IMG/VR virus record: IMGVR_UViG_3300025000_000056
DNA from: a virus
Lineage: Duplodnaviria > Heunggongvirae > Uroviricota > Caudoviricetes
Direction: 5' to 3' (one strand)
Length of the DNA: 51,153 bases
Shown here: positions 43,806 through 51,153 of the stretch, piece after piece
Layout: every line of letters begins with the position of its first letter
Position numbering within the stretch: position 1 is the stretch's first letter
Made by a program: the position numbers and the translations under genes
The notes under the pieces: generated by a model
What the model was told of the DNA's origin: nothing
Seen by the model: only the letters and a program-made list of their open reading frames with translations
Database searches by the model: none

Positions 43806-46800
43806 TTAATCATTATAACGATAGGTGAAATGAACTACATGATCTACAGGATTGGCAACTGATAATGGACTAGACAAGGTTCCGAGAGGACTTAATAAGG
43901 TGATCGTCGGTTCAACAACAACAGCGGGTTCAACCGTAAAATAACCCGGAGTAGAGATAGTCTTCTTACCATTGACGTCCGTTACTTCGGCCGTAAGATG
44001 ATAGACAACATCTTCAGTAAAGAAAGATACTGCAGCAGGTTCTACTGCGCTATCACCGGGAATCATTGAGGCCACAACATCTTTAGTCCAAACAACCGTG
44101 TCACTAGGATCATAGATTATTAAAGTCGTACTAGCGACATTGACGGCTGTATTGCAATTATACTTCCAGCCAATAGTAACGTCCGTATCGTCTGGAATAG
44201 TAACAATTGGGGTAGTTAGAGTTCCATTACAAGTCATGAGTGTTACCGAAGCATTCGAGACAACCGTGCCACCTTCTGTTCGGAAGTAAGCAAAATCACT
44301 ATTTGGACTTAGCGTACCTAGAGTGTTCTTAACTTGAACCGTCCAATGATAGGTAGTTCCGGCTACTAGTTTACCACTTGGTATAGTACGAGACTTAGAA
44401 GCGCTTGTTACCCAATCAGAATTATAGATAACAACACCAAGATCGTTATAAAGCGTGACGTTATAAGCAGCTTGTGGCTTATTAACGGGATCAATATAAC
44501 TCCAGGTTAGAGCAGGTGGAAATAAAACACAACCCGTACATCCTGCAGGAGCAGCTTGTGTTCCATTGTAAGACTTAGCAGCAACCCTAATTGGATTGCC
44601 TTGAGCTAGTTTAAAGTAGCCCGCCTTACTGGTTCCAACGTTATCGTCTACATCCGTTACTTCAACTGTCCAATGATAGACGACGTCTTTAGTTAGCGTA
44701 AAGGCAATTCCGGAGCTGATTCCACATGGACTATATATTGTATCCGTATCGGTCCGAGTGAAGACAACCGTATTACTAGCGTCATAAATTGTTATTACGC
44801 TTTTCTTAGCATCCTTTGCTAAGGGATGAACATAACGGAACATGAAATTAGGAATGGATTTTTGATCAATAAACGGAGTAGCTAATGATCCATTATCGCT
44901 TTCTAAAGTTACGATAGGATTATTGGTGTTCTCGGGTGTCTTGAAATAACCATGCTTATCAATAACGCTCATGTTACCCGTGGTATCCTTGACTTGGATG
45001 GTCCAATGATAGGTTTCATTCGAATCCAGTGGTCCAGCGACAACGGTTGTTGCAGTGCCGTCAGTCCAGCCGGAAGTATACTCGACCCCTAAACTGCTAT
45101 TGTATACGGAAACGCAGTAGGACGCCTGTAGATTCGACTGAGCTTGATAATAAGACCATGTCAAATTTGGAGATGTGGTATCGCAAGCAGCAGGGTTTGT
45201 GATAATTCCATTGAAATTAGTTGGGCTTGCCACGGGAGACGTACCAAGAACCGTTTTGAAATAGACCGGGTCAGATACTTTGCTTAGATTACCGTTCGTA
45301 TCTTTAACCTGAATCACCCAGTGATAGACGACTGACACGAGTAACTTAGACTCTGGCACTTGAATCATTACATCGCTACCAACAACCCAATTCGAATCCC
45401 AGACTATGGTGTTACTATTGTCTGATACGATGATGTTAAACATCGCTTGATCACTATTTTGTGCTTGATAGTAAGTCCAGGTCAACGACGGTGTTAGAGT
45501 TGATGCAGAATAGGGTGAAGCAAATGTGCCAGCATAACTAGCCGGAGTAACAATAGGTAAGGTATTGGTTGCTGCCCTTGTGAAGAAGTAACCGTAATTA
45601 CTCATAGGGCTTATTAGGCCTTTATTATCCTTAACGATAACGCACCATTTATAGGTATTGTTAGCATTAGGGATCTTTCCAGAGGGCACCGTGATCTCCT
45701 TGATACCGCCACTTACCCAGTTCGAAGAGTAAACTAAGTCTCCCGTGATTGAATCATAAACCGTAACTAAGGAGTCTCCCTCGGGATCATTGTTTTGATC
45801 ATAATAGCTCCAGTTTAATTTAGGAATCAATGTGTTGCAAATTACGGCTGTTGACACGGTTCCATTATAGCTTGTTAAGATTGGCTTATCAGGAGCTTTG
45901 TTTGTACTAGCTACTGGTTTAAAGTAAGCCTTGATACCTACAGGGCTCTGAATGTTGTTGCTATTCTTAACTGAGATATCCCAATAGTAAAGCGTACCTA
46001 CAGTTAATGGAACGTTCGTGATACAGAATTGCTCTGAACTGGTTTTCCAATTTGAACTATATACAATGGTTCCGGTAGAATCATAGATCTGAGCCAGATA
46101 CGATGTTTGTGGATTCTTACCGGCATCGATATAATCCCAGGTCAATGCAGGAGTTAAGGTGAGACATTCCTTAGGACTTGTGACATCGCCATTGTAGTTA
46201 TTAGGAATAGCCACTGGGAAACTATTGTTAGTACCGGTTGTCTTAAAGTAGCTAGGAGCAGTCGTAACACTTTCTCCTCCTTGAGAATCCGTTACGGTAA
46301 CTTTCCAGTAGTAACTTGTATTTCCAGCCAAGGGTGTTGTCAATAGATGATAATACCGCTCATCCTCTATTGCGCCACTCGTCGAAACCAAGACTCCAGC
46401 CGTACTATAGACATCAACGACGTACGACACTTGAATATCTCGATCAAGATCAGAGTACTTCCAAATGAAGAGTGGAGTATATGATGGAGAAATAACAGGA
46501 GCGTTAATAGGTCCATTGTAATTTGCCGTAACGACAACAGGTACTCTATTAAAAATAGGTTTAAAGTATCCTTTTGAACTTACTCCGCTATTACCCTTAG
46601 AATCAAATACCGTAACATACCAGGAGTATACTCTTCCACTGGTGAGTTTGTTTGCCGGTACGACCGTATTCTTAGATAGGCTATTCGCAATGCCAGTATC
46701 ATACACTACGGCATCTGTCTCAACATCAATGATGCCTACGTTAAAGGATTTTTGTATATCGTTATCGGCATCCGTATAGGCCCAGGATAGTACAGGTGTT

Positions 46801-49800
46801 AAAGTCGTACAGGCATCAGGATCTTCTTTGGTTTCTCCGCAGAAACTTGAAAGTACAACAGTCGGAGGGTTGTTTATCTCAGTTGAGGTAGGCTTAAAGT
46901 ATCCATTAGAACTTATAGGACTCATGCGTCCGCTTGTATCTTTGACTTGAATCTTCCAGTAGTACATTACATCTTCACTCAATACTGTAGAGGTAACATC
47001 ATATGATGTTGCAGTACCGGATGTCCACGGAATATCAATGACCGTAGCATTTGTCGTAGCAGCGCAAACCGTTAGTTTATAAGAACCTTGTGGAACATTC
47101 TTTGAATGATGATATGTCCATGTTAATGTGGGCTTCGTGGTTGTTTCCGTAGGATTAGAAATAGTGCCATAACAACTAGTTAGTCCAGGTTTATCAGGAG
47201 AAGCTACTGTACTGGTACCCGTAGTTTTGAAATAACATACTCTACCGTCAGCGGACGCCCCGGTGGAATCCGTTACAGATACTTTCCAGTTATAATTTGT
47301 ACCTTCAAGAAGACGACTAGCACTTGGAACAGAATAGTAACGGTTCTGACTTGTGATAGCTCCTGTATTGATTATCTCAACACCATCTGAATTCCTAATA
47401 ACAACCGTATAGGTTTTCTGTGGATTCTTTTCCTTATCGCTATAACTCCATGTCAAGGTTGGTAATAGAGTACTAGACACAGAAGGAGCTGCCGAGGTAC
47501 CAGTATAGCTTGTTGGCGTTACGACAGGAGGAGTATTAGCAGCTTCATTACTATACTTAAAATAACAAGGATCTGTCATGATACTGACTTCTCCACTACT
47601 GTTTTTATCCTTAACTTGAAGGATCCAGTAATAGACGGTTCCAGCAACAATTCCATTGGGCACCGTATAGGTTTTAGCAGAACTAGTAATCCATCCAGAA
47701 TCTTTAATTCGTGTCCCTGAAGCTGTAAAGACTTGAACATGATAAGCACCCTGTACATCATTGTCTGCGTCAGTATATTCCCAAGTTAAGACCGGCTTCA
47801 GGGTTGTACTAGTTGCCGGCTCAAGCTTCGTTCCTTTGTAACTCGTAGGAACAACGACAGGAGCTGCGTTAGGAGGAGGTGTTCCGGTTTTGAAATAGCC
47901 ACTGCGAACCGGTGAGCCTTTAGCGCCGCGCTTATCACTTACTGTTACAGTCCAATGATACGTAGTGCTTGGTGCTAGTTTACCGAAAGGAACAACATAA
48001 CGAAGAGCCGAACTAGTAACTGTGCCGCTCGTATGAACAAGGGTATTACTACTACTGAAGATATCTACTTTATAGTTGTACTGTACATCATTGTCGGGAT
48101 CTTCATATTCCCAAGCTAAGCTGGGAATCGTATTGTCACAACTTGATACTTCAGACTCATCACCATTATAATTTGACAAGATAATTACCGGCACATGGTT
48201 AACGATTGAAGGTAGAGTCTTGAAATAGTTTTGAGAACTTACGAGACTCTCATCATCTTGATTATCTTTAACTTGAACCGTCCAGTAGTACAATGTGTTG
48301 TACTCTAAAGAAGAGGCCTTAGGTGTGTAGTATTTAAGAGTACTTGGTTCATAATCTATAGCATCAGTCGACGCACTAACAGGCGTTGTATTACCAACCT
48401 TATAAATTAAGACCTTAAAACCAGACTGTGGATCATTGTCAGTATCTTTGTAAGTCCAAGTAAACGTAGGATTTAACGTCGTGCAATCCTTAGGTGATGC
48501 TAAGGTTCCCAAGAAGCTCGTAGGACTTACAGTTGGTTTAGTATGGGGTCGATCAATGGTCTTAAAGTAAACTGGGAAACTTGTTAAGCTCATATTTGAT
48601 TTTGGATCCTTAAGCTGTACTGTCCAGGAATAGACTGTTAGTGGATCAAGTTTTAAATTCGTAGCCGTATAGGTCGCCGCTGAAGAACTTATTAACTTAG
48701 TATCTCTAACTACAGCTCCCTGATCATTATAGATTATTACTCTAAAGGCTGTTTGAGATGTTGCTCCAGTAAAAGTCCATTTGAATATTGGAGCCAATAA
48801 GGTATTACAGGCTGCAGGACTACCGACAGATCCATTTAAGTTATTCGGCGTTACAACAAAGGTAACAGGAACGCCCGGTGTTTTAAAATATCCCATAGGA
48901 GATACTTGACTCGTAAGGCCACGACTATCTTTAACTTGGACATTCCAATGATATATAGTCCCTGTATTTAATAGAGAATCAGGAACCTTAAAGTAATCAT
49001 TAGAACTTCCTGTCCATCCCTGTGAGGAAATTAATACGCCTGAAGCATTGTAGACACGGACAGAATAAGAACCTTGTGGATCATTATCTGGATCAGTATA
49101 ATCCCAGGTTAGAATCGGCGTTGTATCTTGAGCAAGTACAGGACTAGAAGGAGAAGATCCATTGTAATTTACTAACGTGGCACTCGGCGGATGATTAACT
49201 AAGGCATCGCTCGTTTTAAAGCTAACCCATGGGCTCGTAGGACCTTGACTGCCGCCTGGAGTCTTCAATGTAATACGCCAAGTGTATTTAACGCCTCCAA
49301 GTAGTTTAATAGGGAACGTCTCATCAATCATATAGCTATTGATAGAACTATTAATCCAGCCAGAGGTCTGAGTATAAATTATACTTCCATAGCTACCAGA
49401 GAACATCTCAACCTTGAAAAAGCCTTGTGTCTTACCGGTATCTGACGGATCAATACAGTCCCAAGTTAACGTTGGAGTCAATGTATCACAGGGGTCTGGA
49501 ATTAATGATGTTCCATTATAGCTTGTAGGATTACTGATGACAGACGTAATGACCTTAAAATAACCTTGTTTAGAGATTAGACTTTCTAGACCAATAGTAT
49601 CCCGCACCATAACCTGCCATGAATGAACAGTATTCGTCGATATACCAACACCACTATGTGTATAGCTAGTATTTGAACTAAGAATCCATGGAGTCCATTG
49701 TCCGGCAACTAAGAGTCTAAAGGCCGCCTGTTCATAACCGTCGTATTCATTATAGTTCCAAGAAAATGTGAGACCTTGAGTGTAGCCTATTTCAGGCGTT

Positions 49801-50195
49801 GCACTAGTCAGTCCATTGTAATTAAGTAGATCGGGCTTAGGTGGAGCCGTGGGAACTGTAAAATAAACTGGTACGCTCCAATCTCCAAAACTACTCATAC
49901 TCTCTCCAACTCGAACTTGCCAGTAATACGTATAGCCCTTATAGGCTTCAAGACTCATTGAAGAGATATATGGAAACGTATGACTTGATGCTGTACCGGT
50001 AACTAATCCATAGCTTGCTACCGTTGTCTCGCCGGTTCCGCTATTCTGACGCATGATTCTTAATCCATAGATTTTATATTGATTTGTGCGAGTCCATGTT
50101 ACCGTAACGGGTTGAATGATTCCGAATGGCACGTTATTACCACTCGAAGAATTCCCGTTCGTTGTCATGGCGGTTTCATACATAGTTGAACTCAT
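43806..50195 (-). CDS. Giant virion fibre-like protein with 19 complete FN3/Ig-like repeats plus a C-terminal half-repeat
   Basis: Repeat of about 108 aa: P.L.W.Y.D.D.DPQ.SY.V.VY...SGW...L..G..Y.W.V.VKD...YFK; I count 19 YFK-type ends. Confidence 0.8.
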   Translation of the reverse strand: MSSTMYETAMTTNGNSSSGNNVPFGIIQPVTVTWTRTNQYKIYGLRIMRQNSGTGETTVASYGLVTGTASSHTFPYISSMSLEAYKGYTYYWQVRVGESMSSFGDWSVPVYFTVPTAPPKPDLLNYNGLTSATPEIGYTQGLTFSWNYNEYDGYEQAAFRLLVAGQWTPWILSSNTSYTHSGVGISTNTVHSWQVMVRDTIGLESLISKQGYFKVITSVISNPTSYNGTSLIPDPCDTLTPTLTWDCIDPSDTGKTQGFFKVEMFSGSYGSIIYTQTSGWINSSINSYMIDETFPIKLLGGVKYTWRITLKTPGGSQGPTSPWVSFKTSDALVNHPPSATLVNYNGSSPSSPVLAQDTTPILTWDYTDPDNDPQGSYSVRVYNASGVLISSQGWTGSSNDYFKVPDSLLNTGTIYHWNVQVKDSRGLTSQVSPMGYFKTPGVPVTFVVTPNNLNGSVGSPAACNTLLAPIFKWTFTGATSQTAFRVIIYNDQGAVVRDTKLISSSAATYTATNLKLDPLTVYSWTVQLKDPKSNMSLTSFPVYFKTIDRPHTKPTVSPTSFLGTLASPKDCTTLNPTFTWTYKDTDNDPQSGFKVLIYKVGNTTPVSASTDAIDYEPSTLKYYTPKASSLEYNTLYYWTVQVKDNQDDESLVSSQNYFKTLPSIVNHVPVIILSNYNGDESEVSSCDNTIPSLAWEYEDPDNDVQYNYKVDIFSSSNTLVHTSGTVTSSALRYVVPFGKLAPSTTYHWTVTVSDKRGAKGSPVRSGYFKTGTPPPNAAPVVVPTSYKGTKLEPATSTTLKPVLTWEYTDADNDVQGAYHVQVFTASGTRIKDSGWITSSAKTYTVPNGIVAGTVYYWILQVKDKNSSGEVSIMTDPCYFKYSNEAANTPPVVTPTSYTGTSAAPSVSSTLLPTLTWSYSDKEKNPQKTYTVVIRNSDGVEIINTGAITSQNRYYSVPSASRLLEGTNYNWKVSVTDSTGASADGRVCYFKTTGTSTVASPDKPGLTSCYGTISNPTETTTKPTLTWTYHHSKNVPQGSYKLTVCAATTNATVIDIPWTSGTATSYDVTSTVLSEDVMYYWKIQVKDTSGRMSPISSNGYFKPTSTEINNPPTVVLSSFCGETKEDPDACTTLTPVLSWAYTDADNDIQKSFNVGIIDVETDAVVYDTGIANSLSKNTVVPANKLTSGRVYSWYVTVFDSKGNSGVSSKGYFKPIFNRVPVVVTANYNGPINAPVISPSYTPLFIWKYSDLDRDIQVSYVVDVYSTAGVLVSTSGAIEDERYYHLLTTPLAGNTSYYWKVTVTDSQGGESVTTAPSYFKTTGTNNSFPVAIPNNYNGDVTSPKECLTLTPALTWDYIDAGKNPQTSYLAQIYDSTGTIVYSSNWKTSSEQFCITNVPLTVGTLYYWDISVKNSNNIQSPVGIKAYFKPVASTNKAPDKPILTSYNGTVSTAVICNTLIPKLNWSYYDQNNDPEGDSLVTVYDSITGDLVYSSNWVSGGIKEITVPSGKIPNANNTYKWCVIVKDNKGLISPMSNYGYFFTRAATNTLPIVTPASYAGTFASPYSASTLTPSLTWTYYQAQNSDQAMFNIIVSDNSNTIVWDSNWVVGSDVMIQVPESKLLVSVVYHWVIQVKDTNGNLSKVSDPVYFKTVLGTSPVASPTNFNGIITNPAACDTTSPNLTWSYYQAQSNLQASYCVSVYNSSLGVEYTSGWTDGTATTVVAGPLDSNETYHWTIQVKDTTGNMSVIDKHGYFKTPENTNNPIVTLESDNGSLATPFIDQKSIPNFMFRYVHPLAKDAKKSVITIYDASNTVVFTRTDTDTIYSPCGISSGIAFTLTKDVVYHWTVEVTDVDDNVGTSKAGYFKLAQGNPIRVAAKSYNGTQAAPAGCTGCVLFPPALTWSYIDPVNKPQAAYNVTLYNDLGVVIYNSDWVTSASKSRTIPSGKLVAGTTYHWTVQVKNTLGTLSPNSDFAYFRTEGGTVVSNASVTLMTCNGTLTTPIVTIPDDTDVTIGWKYNCNTAVNVASTTLIIYDPSDTVVWTKDVVASMIPGDSAVEPAAVSFFTEDVVYHLTAEVTDVNGKKTISTPGYFTVEPAVVVEPTITLLSPLGTLSSPLSVANPVDHVVHFTYRYND

Positions 50196-50234
50196 TAGAA
50201 AACCTCCTAAAGTTATATGCTTTAACTAGATTTA

Positions 50235-50891
50235 CTAGTTGTATTGTGGGTTAAAGTAGATGATCTTAGAATCAACGGCATAGCCAATGATTTGTACGGG
50301 CCCTGTGGTCGGTTTTATAGACGTTATAGACCCTGCGACAGTAGGACTTACGTAGAGTAATGCGCCCTTAGTAAAATTCCAAGCAATGTTTTTAAGATAT
50401 CCTTTCTTCAAGATAACCCTGTCACCTGCAGCGGCGGTTTCTGTAGCTATAGCTACACAAGGTAGATACGTAATATCTGAGGCCTTAGATAAGGCGTATC
50501 CCTCAATGGTTAAATAAAGTAAGCTTCCTATATCGGTATCGATTGAAACATATTCCTTAGATAATTCACCGCTATAATCTCCATCGTTAATAGGCATTAG
50601 CGATACAGCCTTATTTGATAAACTACCAAGATCTTCAACAAGGACGTAGTCACTTGATGGGTGACCGTTTAATCGAATGGCATCAATATTACCTAGATCA
50701 AACGGCTTAACTAAGTTATCAACGGCAAACATGACCTCTCGAATACCGATAACTAAATTAGCAATTTGTTCATCAAGTTCGGCAAACTTAACAGCGTTTT
50801 GATTACTCATGAGCTGTTGATAAAGACTCTTCTCTAGTGGGGAAGGTTCCTTAACAAAGGTTCCATCTTCCTTTTGTGAAACGACACTCAT
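50235..50891 (-). CDS. Virion decoration/fibre protein (DUF2190-like C-terminus)
   Basis: DAIRLNGHPSSDY fibre-type motif; GALLYVSPTVAGSIT...IIGYAV...FNP. Confidence 0.55.
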   Translation of the reverse strand: MSVVSQKEDGTFVKEPSPLEKSLYQQLMSNQNAVKFAELDEQIANLVIGIREVMFAVDNLVKPFDLGNIDAIRLNGHPSSDYVLVEDLGSLSNKAVSLMPINDGDYSGELSKEYVSIDTDIGSLLYLTIEGYALSKASDITYLPCVAIATETAAAGDRVILKKGYLKNIAWNFTKGALLYVSPTVAGSITSIKPTTGPVQIIGYAVDSKIIYFNPQYN

Positions 50892-50896
50892 TATGA

Positions 50897-51151
50897 TCAG
50901 CTCCTTGATCTTGATATAATTTCTTGAACTTCAGCTTCAACGGCATCTTTAATTCTCTTATCAATGCCGGTCAATCTGCCTTCTGTTCTGATTAAGGTTT
51001 CAATCGAAGCGATCCCTAGTTTAATCGTAACGGCTTGATCTAGATTGCCAGCGATATCGTAAACTAAATAGATATCTTCCTCGGGCCCTCTAACGCCAAT
51101 GACTCTACCAGCATTATTATAATCAAGTTCATTTAAGCCGGGAATACCAAA
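50897..51151 (-). CDS. Partial ORF (5' end outside the window)
   Basis: Open frame ...LDYNNAGRVIGV...YDIAGNL...SRSRS*. Confidence 0.5.
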   Translation of the reverse strand, partial: FGIPGLNELDYNNAGRVIGVRGPEEDIYLVYDIAGNLDQAVTIKLGIASIETLIRTEGRLTGIDKRIKDAVEAEVQEIISRSRS

Positions 51152-51153
51152 GA

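Larger units (their letters stand above)
1..51153. mobile_element. Segment of a large tailed bacteriophage/prophage of a spore-forming Bacillota host
   Basis: Dense, tightly overlapping ORFs, phage-type replication/recombination genes (Sak, AEP primase, RuvC, split SbcC), holin and virion-like repeat proteins; no host housekeeping operons; no integrase in the window, so lifestyle unknown. Confidence 0.92.

Noticed and set aside
43806-50195. Alpha-L-rhamnosidase (GH78) enzyme, or DGR/CRISPR-type repeats
   Set aside because: Only the non-catalytic Ig-like domain is repeated; repeats are diverged at DNA level, with no spacers, reverse transcriptase or template/variable repeat pair
1-51153. tRNA, rRNA, tmRNA, CRISPR arrays, IS elements, integrase/att sites
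   Set aside because: None recognised by eye; tRNAscan-SE/ARAGORN and CRISPR finders were not run, so a degenerate element could have been missed

Overview
About 51 kb from a large tailed phage (or prophage) of an endospore-forming Bacillota host, judged by Firmicutes-type RBSs, sigmaA promoters and sporulation-type signals. Two gene blocks converge at a 19-bp hairpin near 19.7 kb. The + strand block (1-19.7 kb) holds a split SbcC/Rad50, DnaG primase, Hjc-like resolvase, class II ribonucleotide reductase, dCMP deaminase, a methylase-like gene, PadR and many small Cys-rich ORFs. The - strand block (51.1-19.77 kb) holds virion genes (a 19-repeat FN3/Ig-like giant protein, five paralogous structural proteins, a holin), then Rad52/Sak, an AEP primase, a DnaB-like helicase, a papain-like protease, HAD and PD-(D/E)XK enzymes, RuvC, a sigma factor and guanylate kinase. 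The most striking feature is an apparent sporulation island at the junction (15.3-19.95 kb). It has a sigmaE-like promoter driving an FtsK/SpoIIIE ATPase, a Replic_Relax relaxase, a SpoIIIAC-like hairpin protein and a SpoIIIAC-like/M23 peptidase fusion. It also has a near-perfect sigmaF/sigmaG promoter driving two small membrane proteins, an alpha/beta SASP gene missed by the ORF track, and a candidate structured RNA. I infer a phage-encoded mother-cell-to-forespore DNA delivery and protection system. A second notable structure is an Ig-like domain split across gene boundaries in the virion fibre locus, with two alternative completing partners. All family calls come from motif recognition by eye; no database searches were run.
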